A stretch of DNA of 64,000 nt from Octopus sinensis (taxonomy: Eukaryota), in assembly GCF_006345805.1 (NCBI RefSeq), contig NC_043012.1, positions 47,182,001 through 47,246,000 on the forward strand, in the 5' to 3' direction. The notes under the pieces are model-generated. The model did no database searches, had not been told where the DNA came from, and worked only from the letters and a program-made list of their open reading frames with translations. Position numbers and translations under genes: made by a program. Shown in pieces: positions 14,331-28,264 of this stretch; the stretch's first letter is position 1, and the number at the start of each line of letters is the position of its first letter.

Positions 14331-15043
14331 AAATATTACATTATACAATTAGGGCTTAGTAAAATAAATTACTTTGCCAAAAAATAGCAGCCAAAAAGAT
14401 TTTTAGCCATTTCCACTACTTTAAGAAAAATTCTCCCAGATAATGTTTATTCAAAAATAACTCACGAAGATATGGAGGTAAAACAGTAAAATATCACAAG
14501 TACAAAGATCATTTGAGAACGTCACGTTTCTAGATTAACCGAAATAAAACTCAGCATTTCCTTCGTCAGCTCAACATTTTATTAATTTTGGAATTGAAAG
14601 CACTAAAAGAATGAACATACCCGTCCGGCAATGTATCACCTCAGACAAACACCCTCAAACTGCCAGTACTAGCAAATTCAAATTGTACAAGCGAAGATTC
14701 ATGTTCTTTCCTCTACCACCCACGTGAGTTATCTAGTAAACATACTATAACGGTGAGAACCGTAGTAACAGAACAGGGAGAAAGGAATTATAATATCAAT
14801 AATTGAGGGTAAAATTAATTAGTTATTAATCAATTTTACCAAGTAGTGTTCAGTATGTAAAAGGACCATTTAAGGCGTATTCAAAATATTACATTATATA
14901 ATTAGGGCTTAGTAAAATAAATTACTTTGCCACATACTGAACTTTCTAGAAATAGCAGCCAAAAAGTTTTTTAGCCATTTCCACTACTTTAAGAAAATTT
15001 TTCTTAAAGTAGTGGAAATGGCTAAAAAACTTTTTGGCTGCTA
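14329..15043 (-). mobile_element. PLE-like non-autonomous element: partial tandem plus 5-prime fold-back
   Basis: CAAAATATTACATTATA..TTAGGGCTTAGTAAAATAAATTACTTTGCC occurs at 14329 and 14882; HHR at 14513-14574; 91-bp perfect palindrome at 14953-15043. Confidence 0.7.
14513..14574 (-). ncRNA. Type I hammerhead ribozyme
   Basis: ttgag CTGACGA a gga...tct a GAAAC gtgac GTT ctcaa; stem I covaries with the 9077 copy (ttgag/ctcaa versus ctgag/ctcgg). Confidence 0.7.
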
Positions 15044-15622
15044 GTTTCTTCAACATACTAAATGAACGTCTAAACATTACGAAGCTACCGAGAAAAACTC
15101 CATAAATACATGCGATCACTTAGTATAATTATATGTATATTCATATATGTGGAGGCACATGGCCAAATGGTTAGAGCAGGGGAGTCGCGGTCGAGGGATC
15201 GTGGGTTCGAATCTCAGACCGTGCGATGTGTGTGTTTATGAGCGAAACACCAGAGCTCCACGCGGCTCCGGCAGAAGGTAATGGCGACCTTCTGCTGTCT
15301 CTTTCGCCACAAAATTCTCTCATTCCTTCCTCCTGAATCTTTTAGCTCACCTGCGACGGACCGGTATCCCATCCAGGTGGGGAACCTATACGCCAAGGAA
15401 ACTGGGAAACCGGCCCTTATGAGCCAGGCATGGCTCGAAAAGGAACAAACAACATATACATATATAGAAATATTATTACTAATTTAATAATAAAAATTGC
15501 ATATTTGCATGCTGACGACCTGAAAATAATCATTAACGTGAGTTTCTCCATATTTTATGAATATGTATATATGCACATACACACACACACACATATATAT
15601 ATATACATATATACATACATAC

Positions 15623-15661
<39 letters not shown>

Positions 15662-16512
15662 TATATATATATTATATATATATATATATAATTTCAACAA
15701 TTGAGGGTAAAATTAATTAATTATTAATCAATTTCACCAAGTATTCAGTATGTAATGGGACCATTTTAGGCGAATTCAAAATATTACATTATATAATTAG
15801 GGCTTAGTAAAATAAATTACTTTGCCACATACTGAACTTTCTAGAAATAGCAGCCAAAAAGTTTTTTAGCCATTTCCACTACTTTAAGAAAATTTTTCTT
15901 AAAGTAGTGGAAATGGCTAAAAAACTTTTTGGCTGCTAGTTTCTTCAACATACTAAATGAACGTCTAAACATTACGAAGCTACCGAGAAAAACTCCATAA
16001 ATACATGCGATCACTTAGTATAATTATATGTATATTCATATATGTGGAGGCACATGGCCAAATGGTTAGAGCAGGGGAGTCGCGGTCGAGGGATCGTGGG
16101 TTCGAATCTCAGACCGTGCGATGTGTGTTTATGAGCGAAACACCAGAGCTCCACGCGGCTCCGGCAGAAGGTAATGGCGACCTTCTGCTGTCTCTTTCGC
16201 CACAAAATTCTCTCATTCCTTCCTCCTGAATCTTTTAGCTCACCTGCGACGGACCGGTATCCCATCCAGGTGGGGAACCTATACGCCAAGGAAACTGGGA
16301 AACCTGCCCTTATGAGCCAGGCATGGCTCGAAAAGGAACAAACAACATATACATATATAGAATATTATTACTAATTTAATAATAAAAATTGCATATTTGC
16401 ATGCTGACGACCTGAAAATAATCATTAACGTGAGTTTCTCCATATTTTATGAATATGTATATATGCACATACACACACACACACATATATATATATACAT
16501 ATATACATACAT

Positions 16513-16578
<66 letters not shown>

Positions 16579-16680
16579 TATATATATATATTATATATTT
16601 CAACAATTGAGGGTAAAATTAATTAATTATTAATCAATTCACCAAGTATTCAGTATGTAATGGGACCATTTTAGGCGAAT
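14880..16680. repeat. ~895-905-bp near-identical tandem duplication
   Basis: 14880-15775 recurs at 15775-16680, including the palindrome and SINE; differences are one SNP (CCGGCCC/CCTGCCC), small indels and TA-tract lengths. Confidence 0.9.
15149..15455 (+). mobile_element. tRNA-derived SINE, family D
   Basis: A-box TGGCCAAATGG and B-box GGTTCGAATC; tail GGGAAACCGGCCCTTATGAGCC; copy at 16044-16345, tail fragment on minus strand at 50810-50895, related heads at 30085-30195 (-) and 31273-31655 (+). Confidence 0.8.
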
Positions 16681-16700
16681 TCAAAATATTACATTATATA

Positions 16701-16939
16701 TAAGGGCTTAGTAAAATAAATTACTTTGCCACATACTGAACTCATTAGAAATAGCAGCTAAAGAAATTTCTTCAGGTATTTCTAATACTTAAAGATCTTT
16801 CTCAGATAGTGTTTGCCTAAACCAACTCACAAAGGTCTGAGAAAGATCTTTAAGTATTAGAAATAGCTGAAGAAATATCTTTAGCTGCTATTTCTAATGA
16901 GTCCAGTATGTGGCAAAGTAATTTATTTTACTAAGCCCT

Positions 16940-16941
<2 letters not shown>
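16701..16941. repeat. Fold-back palindrome of the same element terminus (~106-bp arms, 29-bp spacer)
   Basis: TAAGGGCTTAGTAAAATAAATTACTTTGCC...CTCAGA / TCTGAG...GGCAAAGTAATTTATTTTACTAAGCCCTTA, ~3 mismatches, followed by (TA)n. Confidence 0.9.
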
Positions 16942-17009
<68 letters not shown>

Positions 17010-17194
17010 TATATATATTACTTGTTTCAGTCATATGACTGCAACCATGCTTGGGTACCACATTGAAAGGCTTTAGTGGAAGAAATCGAAGCCAGGAGTT
17101 ATTTTTTAAAACCTAGTACTTAGTATTTTATCCAATCCTTTTGCCGAACCACGAAGTTACGAGACGTAAACACACCTGAACCGGTCGTAGATAA

Positions 17195-18196
17195 CTTGGA
17201 AATTAGCTATGCAATAAAAGTTTGTGGTAAACTGGGTAAAAATACAAGACTTATGAAATGCCCTAGTCTGCTAATAAATTAAGTTGTGTTACTTGAGCAA
17301 GTATCCTTGCATGCAGTAAATGTTCAAGGATGGTAATTTGTATGTGAGCGACGATGGAAAGTTTCGAAGGTAGAGAGAGACATAAGAACATCAGAACTGT
17401 TTGAGAAAGTTCTCAATTTCTAAATGAAGACTGTTATGTGTCTATAAAGACTATGAGCGTGCAATGTACATAGATTTACGAACGTCTAAACATGCCCAAA
17501 GAAAAGGAAATATGCGTTAGTGACCGCAGGGAAGTGGGTGAGCTCCTTACTTCCTGCCCCAGAGTGCTTGAAGCTCTTTGACGAAAACTGAATTGTCTGT
17601 TATGAACAAGAGACAGAATGCTCGATGTAAGAATCCTGGTTTCCCGTATGCTCAAGAAAGCCAGGCGAAACAAATTCATAGGGCAGCTCGAGATGATCCC
17701 ATTTTTCGCCAGATAGGGCGTCATCTACACCCACTCGCTCTCCCTGGCCAGAGAGTCAAGAAAGAGTACTTTGTGGAGTGTTTAAGGGAATCCAGGTACA
17801 GTTTTCTTTGCAAAAAGACGGAGGTCCTTCACTTCGATCGACGGTACTTGTACCAGGATAATGCACTAGTTTACAATTCTCATTTGTCAAAGATAAACAT
17901 GAAAACTATTCCTCGCCCAACTGTCCAGACATTGGTCTTCGTAATTTTTGGTTGTTACCCAAGCTGCAAGGGCAGTAGATTTGAAGAAAATGAGAGGATA
18001 AAGGAGACTGGGTAAAGAGTCCCCGGCACCCATATTTTAGAAGACAACTGTGGAGTTTTCAGTAAGTTCTTGGAGCGCTGAAAAAAATGCAGTGCAATCA
18101 GCGGTTTCTATTTTGGATGAAATCAGAGCTTGTACTTCTTTGAAATTATTAGTCATCTCTCCCAAAAGTGGCTTGAAACTTTTGAAATGCACCTTG
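17195..18196 (+). mobile_element. Mariner transposase relic
   Basis: EISYAIKVCGKLGKN...PGQRVKKEYFVECLRE...YQDNALVYNS...TIPRP match mariner YAIKFCxKLGK, NKEYYVEVLREF and HQDNAPVH; TIR-like GAAACTTTTGAAATGCACC at the end. Confidence 0.85.
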
Positions 18197-18256
18197 TGTG
18201 TATGTGTCAAAATATACATATATATATATATATATGAGTATACATATATATATATG

Positions 18257-18319
<63 letters not shown>

Positions 18320-20748
18320 CGCGCACGCGTATGTATGTCCACAAAACTAGCGTCGTTAATATTAACGATTATTGCGAAAAGACTGTATAAGCAGGTTGAC
18401 TGCACTATTATGTAGATTTTTATCGGTTATCAGACTAGTGTCCAGACAACGAAAATTGAATTCTCTGTGCTGTAAAGTTGTGTCAGGTTTACTTATCGCT
18501 AAATGTCGTATTATAAAAGTGTTAGTCTCGAATGAACAAGTTAATGATAAAAAAAATACATTAAACTACAATATATGGAATAAGTTCATATTTGTCTCCC
18601 GTGCCAAGTAAAGAAACATACTTTATTGGCCGTGTTTCTCAAGGCAATTTATCAATAATTCCAAATTATGCTTGCGTGATTGAGGAAGAGGAAAAAAATT
18701 AAGAGCAAATGCTTCCAGATTTAAAGAATAGGATACCATTGATATATACCATAAAAACAATTTTGAGCATGGACACGTCGTATCAGAATAAGTGTCGCGG
18801 TGAGAAGCAAAAAAAAAAAAGAAAAAATATTTCTTAAAGGTACGAACGTGTCATGTAAGATGTAGAAGTATTTTATCGTGAATATGATCATACAGGAAAG
18901 AGAAAACGCGATGTGTAATATTCATTCACTTTAAGAATCCGCGCTAGCAGATTCGTTAATACGCTTAACGGTATTTTGTCCGTTTTTATCTTCGGAATAC
19001 AAATTTTACTGAGGTTGATTTTACCTTTTATCCTTTCAGAGTCAATAAAATAAGTGCCAGTTGATCTTTGGGGGTTGATATAATCGATTTACCCCTCCCA
19101 CGAAATGTCTGGCCATGTACTATAATTTGAAACTGATATTCATTCATCTTTGTTTGCTACTAAACGAACTACATTTGTTGCTATAACAAGTTTGAACATT
19201 TCCTCGAAATGTCCCACGGTTTTGTATGATACTTGATAAACAGGGGAGAGAACGGAGACTTGAATGTAATGGAACAGGGATGTCATACATTTCAAAAAGA
19301 GATTTTATCTTTTAAAATATATGTAGAATACTCAAACGTAGCTCTGTTGTGCTAGTGTGATATTTTGCCGGATAATATTGTATCTCACTAAACTTACTGA
19401 TGCATACTAACTCTCAATAGAGTACTGCTGTCACATTTTGAAACGTTCTTGGTACGCAGAAGAAAAATCTCAGCTGCATACAGAGAGGAGCCACGGAATT
19501 GGCATTCATCGTTAATGGATACGCTTCATTCTATATTTCTCAGAGTTGTCAATAAAACCCCACGCCATCTTTCTTTCCTTCAACCTACCCCACCGGTTCC
19601 ACCCCAACACCTAAACCTACTCTATTTTTCTCAATGGCATCGAATCCCCTGAACTTTCTTGCTCCTCTTGTTTTTTCTAGAGGTATTAACAGCAACAGTT
19701 TAAAAGGTAATCTAACTTCCTGAAGGTGATTTGTTTTTGTGTACTTGCAAAGGTCTTTCTCTCCAAACTAAGCAATTAAAACAATTGGATTAAACATACA
19801 GTGGCAAACTTCTATTCTCTCCATGGCCAAGCAAAGAGGCACCATTTATTCTTGAAATGGTAAATAAAGCTGAAATATGAAATCCCTTCTTTTGGCTCTT
19901 GTCTGAGAAATTAAAGATAGATTAACTTCATAATCTACATTTACTAAGAATTTAAAAATGAGATTTTACTACAGTGACACTCATGTGAATTTAACTTGCA
20001 TCTCTGTATAGAGAGGTTATAAACATGGTTTTACAACTTTGTTGGTATTTCGATTAATTTATTAAAATATGTTCCAAACGATGCTTCAATAATATGAATT
20101 AATTCAGAAAAAGTTTTACTTTGTGTGATCTTCGTATATAATATGAACTGTTAATTAACTGTTGAATAACGTTAATCAATCTATCTACGGTTCGAACACA
20201 CCCCCGGAACATTATTGTGCATCTCAGCTGATCTAACTGCCGGACAGTGCCTCTTTTGTCTAATTAATTCATGTTATCAACAATTACAAAATTCTTTAAA
20301 CCGAGGTAGACTGATTTAGTTCTAATTTAATTTATGTATTTAATGATCAATAGTAATAATCTATTCTCTTTGTACTTTTGGAGTAACTTGTCGCTGATGA
20401 AGCGATTGTAAAATCTGAAACTTTCGATGGCACAGCATTTTCTGACATAAGAGAAATTTTAATGTTTTAAGTACAGTATCTACTTTTCAAAGAAAAACTT
20501 GAATTGTGTGTCTAACAAAACCATATTCTTATTTCTGTGTCTTTAACAGTAATTTCTCGTAACATCTGGCATTCCTTCTATTTCTATAATATTAATGTAG
20601 AGTCATGGAGGTCTACATCAATTCAAATGTGCTATAAACTGTTATATACTGATTTCAAATTTTGTCAAAAGTCCATTATTTTCGAGGGACGAGTAAGTCG
20701 AAAACATCTCCATCAGTACTCAAGTGGTACATATTTTATCAAAGGTAG

Positions 20749-21157
20749 CGAGCTGGCAGAAACGTTCGCACGCCGGGGGAAATGCTTAGCGGTATTTCGC
20801 TTGTCGTTACGTTGTGAGTTCAAATTCCGCCGAGGTTGACGTTGCCTTTCATCCTTTCGGGGTCGATAAACTAAGTACCAGTTACGCACTGGGGTCGATG
20901 TAATCGACTTAATACCTATGTCTGTCCTTGTTTGTCCCCTCTATGTTTAGCCCCTTGTGGGTAATAAAGAAATAGGTATTTCGTCTGCCGTTACCTTCTG
21001 AGTTCAAATTCCGCCGAGGTTGACTTTGCCTTTCATCCTTTCGGGGTTGATAAATTAAGTACCAGTTACGCATTGGTGTCGATATAATCGACTTAATCCG
21101 TTTGTCGGTCCTTGTTTGCCCCCTCTGTTTTTAGCTCCTTGTGGGTAAAGAAATAGG
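20749..21157 (+). mobile_element. SINE family C (Deu/Nin-like domain), two copies head to tail
   Basis: AGCTGGCAGAAACG...GAGTTCAAATTCCGCCGAGG...CTTTCATCCTTTCGGGGTCGATAAA...AAAGAAATA; other copies at 37559-37782, 19040-19135 and 21170-21280 (-). Confidence 0.8.
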
Positions 21158-21772
21158 TACTTATTTTATCGACCACAAAAGGATGAAAGGCAAAATCAAT
21201 CACGAGAGAATTTGAACTCCGATCTTGAAGACCGACGAAATAACGTTAAGTATGTTGCTCGGTGTGCTAACGATTCTCCTAGTGCTACCTTTTGAAGTTT
21301 CCATATATTACCATTCTATGAGCAAGTCAATAAGTATACAAAATACATAACATTATAAAAATGGAGATGTTATGAACATGGTTTTACAACTTTGTCAGGG
21401 CTACGAAAACAACAGGCGAAGATCTATATCTTATAAGTTATTACAAATACGTTAACTTATATTTACAAACGAGGATAAGTCACATTAGTTAACTGTTTAT
21501 CGCTAACGTATATTTCTTAATATTTAATTTCTCTACACTACTATTAGGTGCAGTACAATTCTTTCAACGGACGAATGGAACTCGCAACCTCACTCACTCA
21601 CGACTGGTCGCAGACAGGATGGCGGTGAAAAATGGAAGTTTACCTTATACCTACTCTCTGTTCTCAACTTTTCAAGCTGCCTTCCCTATATGTTTATCGT
21701 CCTTTTAATACCAAGGATAAGTCCGAACAAGTCTTTAACTTACGAGAAAATTTATATATATACATACACACA

Positions 21773-21889
<117 letters not shown>

Positions 21890-22656
21890 GGTGTGTGTGT
21901 GTGTGTTACTATTCTATAAGCAAGTCAACGTGTAACTATCATAAAAACAAATCGCTGAAAACATTGAGACAACTCATATTTATCTCGTTTACACAGACAA
22001 TGAGAGCAAACACTTGTTTTACTGGAAGGAATATGCAAGTGTTTATTTTAAGGCTAAAATATACTTTTGCTAGAAATATTGCCTCGGTAGTTTTCCTGAC
22101 TTCTACATTTATCCCGTGCACGCATTTGCTTTGGATCGATTTATATTTTGTAACACATTTTATTATTATGAAATAGGTTACAGCTGTTTGTTCCTACCTG
22201 ACAATGACTATTCATATACGTAATAACACTCTTCTTCACACTATTATCAGACAACATATGTAATTGATATGTGATAAAGCTACAGAAACAGATGACAGTA
22301 TATTGGTTGATCTCTTTCTTATTTTGCAATGGTTAGAATATCCTCAGGGTTAACTACATTCTACTTTTAAGAGCATGGCTGAAAGGTGAATTAAATACAT
22401 TTATCCTAAAATATTAGAGTGCTTTTATTAATTAATATATATTGCTCATGATTACTGTTTCAATATTAAGTATTTAAATTTAAATATATTTGATTTTCTG
22501 AGTTCGAAAGATTTATAGAGGCTATTCTTTGTTCACTACAGGGAGTAAACTATTTCCAATACAGGAAGATACTGAACTCGACATTTATAAGTCAAAGTTC
22601 ATATATATATATATGAACAGGGTAACTCTAACTTGATTTAACCTTATTTGCATATA

Positions 22657-23328
22657 TATTGAGGTGGCAACTAAGTCCCCGCCTTTCTTTTAAATTTAAA
22701 CATTTTAAAAGGTTTAATAAAAGAAAATAACAACTAATTAATCAATAATGTATTCACCCTTGTTGTTTACAACTTCTTTCCAACGTTCATCAAGATCTTC
22801 AATACCTCGTTGGTAGAAATCACCCGATTTCGCCTCGAAAAATTGATCCAACCAAACTCTCAATTCTGCATCAGTACTGAATGAAACTCTACGCATAGCG
22901 TTTGAAAGAGATCGAAAGAGGTGGAAATCCGTTGGTGCCTAATTAGGAGAGTACGGCGGGTATGGCAGCACGTTCCAGCTATGCGTTTGAATGGTTTCCT
23001 TTGTGATATTGGCGATACGAGGGCGGGCGTTGTCGTGCAGCTGAAGAACTCCATGCTGCCGATTAGGTCTTTTCTCACGAATAGCCGTGTTGAGTCGTTC
23101 CATCTGTTGACCGTTTGGTTCCCTTCAAGCAATTCGTAATGGCGTACCTCTCCATACATAGTACAAATATCGTGAGCAGCGACCTTTGAACCCTGATTAA
23201 AAGCAAAAAGAAGCTGTCAAAAATGTTCCTTTTTCTTAACTTGACAAAATGATTCAAAAATAGAATTCTCGAAATAAATAGATTCCAAAATTTAAAAAGA
23301 CGGCAGGAACTTAGTTGCCAACCCAATA
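22657..23328 (-). mobile_element. Internally deleted mariner element
   Basis: TIRs TATTGAGGTGGCAACTAAGTCCCCGCC / GGCAGGAACTTAGTTGCCAACCCAATA flanked by TA; peptide HYELLEGNQTVN plus frameshifted HDNARP and HPPY-like motifs. Confidence 0.85.
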
Positions 23329-23339
23329 TATATATATGT

Positions 23340-25050
23340 TAGGGTAGCTCTTAGCAATAGGTAATTTTCTGAAAGCTAAAATTTTGCTGGGTCCCCCACA
23401 CCTAACCCTGTTCTAATCAACAAACAACGGGGTGTGCAACATTTCAACTCAATCGGATAACTCCTTGATGACCCTTAAACGCCTTGAAGTTGGAACGTAG
23501 TATACGCAACGATCAATTTTGTTCAAAAGCGGTACACTCTTTCCTCTCTCGACCATTTTCCTTTTTCTAAGAGAAATTTATGTGGACACATCCAGGTAAC
23601 CCCAGCAAGTGTTTAAAAACGTTCTGAAATAAATTTACTAATAGTTAATTTGAAAAGTACCTGAAATAGCATGAAAAACTTAAGAAATATTAGGTTTTTC
23701 TAAATAATGCACGCAACCTCCATAAGAGAAATCCATTTTTGTTTACAACAATAATTTCTATAGAATCAAAAAAATAATGCGGACACAGGACACTGAATAG
23801 TGAACATTATTTTTGTATAAGAGAGGGTTTAGTGGCAGTTGGGTATGTTTTATGGTTTTCGGTTACGATCTGTACAACCAATAGTTTCCCAGTTTCATCT
23901 TTTGTGAGAATGTTATTTTAACCCTGAATGAGTTTGACACCACTTTCTGCTACATCATTCACAATAACTGTCTTCTCAAGTTTTTCAAGTACACTTTCGC
24001 AACCAGGATCATCCTTTTATATTGAAGGGTCTTTATCGAGGAAATCGGTGCTGACATAAAGAAGGTTTTTATACCATGCGTTACAAAGACAAAACTCGAT
24101 GTTTCTAAAGGTAAAAAAGGTCATTTTTGGTGCAGAGTGCTCCTCTTCAATTGATTGTTCTCTTCATTCTCTTCTTCACCTTTGTCTGCTTACAGCATAA
24201 CTTAAGTAATATTTGCCTTAACCTCTGTTGGAACATTGTCTCCAAATATGAATAGAGACACAGTTTCGGGTGCTAAGTAACAGAGATGGTTGGAATTTGT
24301 TTTTGCAGTAGACTTACTGATATCTGGGTCAATATCCTGATACTTTAGCAGTTGATGCATGAATAGGAAATCATGATAAGTGTTTTAATTTGTCCTGATA
24401 ATAGAAACCGGGCTCAAACGTACACTCAAGTATTAAAAAAGTATATTCTTCTCAAAGAGTTTATCTCCCCAGGAGATAACTGAAATTGATCGTGAAACAG
24501 GTATATCTTGAATGCATAATTACTTTTGACATCCTCCTAGCATGGCTTACATTTCCGGGTGTATGAAACGATATCCTTATCTTCGGTATGCCGCCAAAAA
24601 TGATCATCGTTAAGTCCAAAAATTTCCGGTCATTATCTCACTGTTGTTTCTGCATAGAAAGTTGGTATTCAGCAAATCGAAGAATGGCATGGCGGACATC
24701 ACCAGGCACCTCATTGCTATCACTAAAGTAAAACTTCGTGTTGATTTTCGTCCATGTTTCTCTAAATGTTTTGAAAAATGCTATGTCCGAACCAGACGTT
24801 GCACCCATCAATAAGTCGAACTGCTCCTAAAAAATAACCCCAAAATGTGATGACTGTAAGGGAAGTACAACAGGTCGCAATTGAACACAGCCACTCCTGC
24901 GCATATAGCTTTCCAGTACCATTCCCAATCTGGTCAACACTTTAACTGCCTCCAGTTAAATATACACAGGTTCCACTAATTTTTTAAAAATTGAAAAATT
25001 GGAAAGCAATATGCGGAACTGATAATTTGTGTTAGATTTCTTGTGATTAT
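23340..25050 (-). mobile_element. hATm-like transposase relic
   Basis: End begins TAGGGTAG; minus peptide KQQ*DNDRKFLDLTMIIFGGIPKIRISFHTPGNVSHARRMSKVI matches PRDDYxExLxL...GGxP...PGAxHHARWMAK; the left-hand boundary is clearer than the right. Confidence 0.6.
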
Positions 25051-26624
25051 TTTTTCATGCTGTCGACTTTCAGCAGTTTGTTACGAATAGCCTTGTGCCA
25101 ACACTCATTCATTTATCAAGATAAGAACTGAGTAATTTTATTTTAACCGAATTTGCATATACGCGAAAACGTTAAAAGATAGCCTCCTTTCCGTGCTAAG
25201 TTTAATACGTAAGACATGAGTGCAGATGATGCTATTAAAACTGTCTAAATAAAGCCACATCTATTTCAGTCTTCTGCACACAGAGCAAAGAATGTGATTT
25301 AGCCAAGCTAGGAAGTTTTTACAACATTACTCAAGCCTTCTTTCTTGTAATATTGTTTAACTGCAACATTTATATTTCACTGCGTGTATCGAAACTGGTC
25401 GTTTATTAAACACAACTCTGTCAATTTTTATTGCATCTCAACTTCTATTGAGTTTGTTTATAACTGCTACTAAATGAAACACGTAGCTTGTCAAAGATCT
25501 CAATTTCATGCAAATTTCTACGGAGTAATTCTGTCTATTACACATATTACACGCTATATACACAATATAAAGAGTGTCTGGTATCCGTTATCAGACAACA
25601 GAGAAAGGTCAAAATTACTTCACCATGTTCCAGATTTGGCTGTCTGGCTAAAAAGGCGATTCCTCTAAAACCCCCCCAAAATATTTTACTAATTCGTAAC
25701 ACACGATTGCTCACTTATGCAAATCAGTGCAGTCCGAATAAATTCAATGCGAACTTTTAGTATACTGCCTATTTTTATAAAATAGCGTTTTCTAGTTCAG
25801 CAGGTCAACGAACTAACTCGAAGTTAATGAAGCTTAGAATTATTTATTAGCTAAAACGTGAAGTTATTCAAAAATACAATCTTTTCACAAAGGAATTAAA
25901 GATCTGCTACACTACAAACTATTTGGCTTTGTTTAGCTTTGTTTACCACACATCAAATCCTATTTGACAATTTCATGTGAAAAATTGTTCGCAAAACGCA
26001 TATACATGTGTATGCATGTGTGTGTGTGTGTGTGTGCGTAAAGTAGATTAATATACATAAATATATATACATATATATAGAGAGTGCGATATACACACAC
26101 ACACATACATACATATATATATATATGTGTACACACACACATATATAGATAGACAGATAGATAGATAGATAGATAGATATAAACATAAATACACACATGC
26201 AAACACGCGTATGTATATATGCAACCGCACAGACACAATCGGAGATACACACAACTTAAACGCGGCATTAATTCGTCCGGGTGTGGGATATATTCATTAA
26301 GTTCGCTTTCCAGCTAATTAGAATGTCGTTGATGCTATGACCAGAGTCTACGTATAATCAATGAAGTGAGAGTTTCATTCTCGAATATAGGCACATAATA
26401 GAATATTTGCTAATTTAGTTTACGGCAAAACTTAGAAGTTGTCTATTTTTCTTTTCTACAATTACACATTAAATCAGCCTGTTTTAAAATATAGTGTCTC
26501 AAATAAAGACTCTATATATTTCGTACGGCAAGATATTTACATACATGTATATATTTATGTGTTTATATGCATGGTTATATTCTAGTACGTACGTTTGGGT
26601 GTGCGCGAGTATATATAATAAATA

Positions 26625-26679
26625 TATATATATCGGTTGTCAAGCGATGTTGGGGGAAAACACAGAAAATCAAACACAT

Positions 26680-26743
<64 letters not shown>

Positions 26744-26895
26744 ACGACGGGCTTCTTTCAGCCTCCGTCTACCAAATCCACTCACAAGGTTTGGTAGGCC
26801 CGAGGCTATAGTAGAAGACACTTGCTGAAGGTACCACGCAGTGTGACTGAACCCGGAACCATGTGGTTGGTAAGCAATCTACTTACCACATAGCC
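26625..26895 (-). mobile_element. SINE family B, tRNA head and internal microsatellite
   Basis: Reverse complement reads TGGCTATGTGGTAAG...GGTTCCGGGTTCAGTC...GCAAGTGTCTTCTACTATAGCC; fuller copies at 49863-50275 and 57285-57800 (-), head at 45778-45885 (+), tail at 51120-51320 (+). Confidence 0.85.
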
Positions 26896-27637
26896 ATATA
26901 TATTATATATATTATTATATGATCGAACACCACGCATCCTTTTCCAAGTAAGTTTTATCTTAATAATTACGATGCGCACTCTTCTATCCTTAATATCACT
27001 CTCCCTCTCTTGTTCTTCATCCTTTCTGGTTCTCTCTCCCACTCTTCCCTATTCTTCTCCTTTCCTCTTAACCCTTCTCTCTCTCTCTCACTCCTCCTCC
27101 TCGACTCTCTCGTCGCTTACACGTGACGAAATAGAATCTAACTCCCTGCCCAATACCTTCGTAAAGACAATACGTGCTTATACTGTCTCCTTCATAAGCT
27201 CGTCTTCATAGCGTTCATAATCATTTTTCAATCGTCTTGGCTTAACATCCCTCATCGTTTATTTTTACTGTTTTGTTCTCACTGTCCTGTTCTTGTTACC
27301 ACTTTCACCCTCCGCAAAAAATTCCAAATTTTATTTTATTTACTTTGCGGGAAGGACTGTTTCAAAAAGGCCGCGTATTGTCCTTGCCTTCAGTACGCGG
27401 AGTAGATGGAACAGGGACAACTGAAGAAGGGGAATATTCTGTGTGTTGTATGACTCATTTCTCTGTTTGTTGTTTTTCGTTGTTCAAAAAATGTTCGTTT
27501 CTATTTTTTTTGTTGTTTTTTATGTTTTCGTTTCTCATTGTGTTTAAAGTGTTTTAATGTCCTGTACACATATATGCATGTATATATACATATATATATA
27601 GGTATGCACATATATGTATGTATATATGCATATATAT

Positions 27638-27669
<32 letters not shown>

Positions 27670-28264
27670 CAAAAAGAGCACAACAACGCAACAAAAAGGA
27701 ACAAGACATAAGATGCGGGAAATATAAACGATAGCACAGCAAACGTCAAACTGGACAGAAACAAGATACACGGATCATTCACAGCTGATACCTCCTCAGT
27801 CGGAGTCCAGAATGTATATGTAGTTTCGCCCCATTATATCCGATGCTATTAGAATCCGAGGGGTGCCAGCGACTCAAGCTAAATGCGTTAAGCTTCTGGG
27901 AAAGGCAAACGAATTGATACAAGAATGAAAACAGGAACAGTAACAAAAACGAGAACACTAGAATTTTACACGTACGACAGAACGCCTTTCCCCTATACAA
28001 ATGAAGATATATTTTACATATACGAATAAAATAATTAAACTACAGAAAGGGTCTTTTGACATTCGGACCAACGTAATGTTATGAAATAATAATGCAAGTG
28101 CAACAGAAAAAGAATTACACATTTCTAATGGACAAACGCCTTTTAGCTATACAACAAAAGGAAGATATTTGTCCAATTACAACGATAATACATAACAACA
28201 TGTTTAGTAAGCTGGAGCCAAGGGAAAATGGAACAAATGGAAACTTTTAACAGATCAGGTGGGA

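Noticed and set aside
15492-15550. CTGACGA (+) near GAAACTCACGTT (-)
   Set aside because: The two halves are on opposite strands
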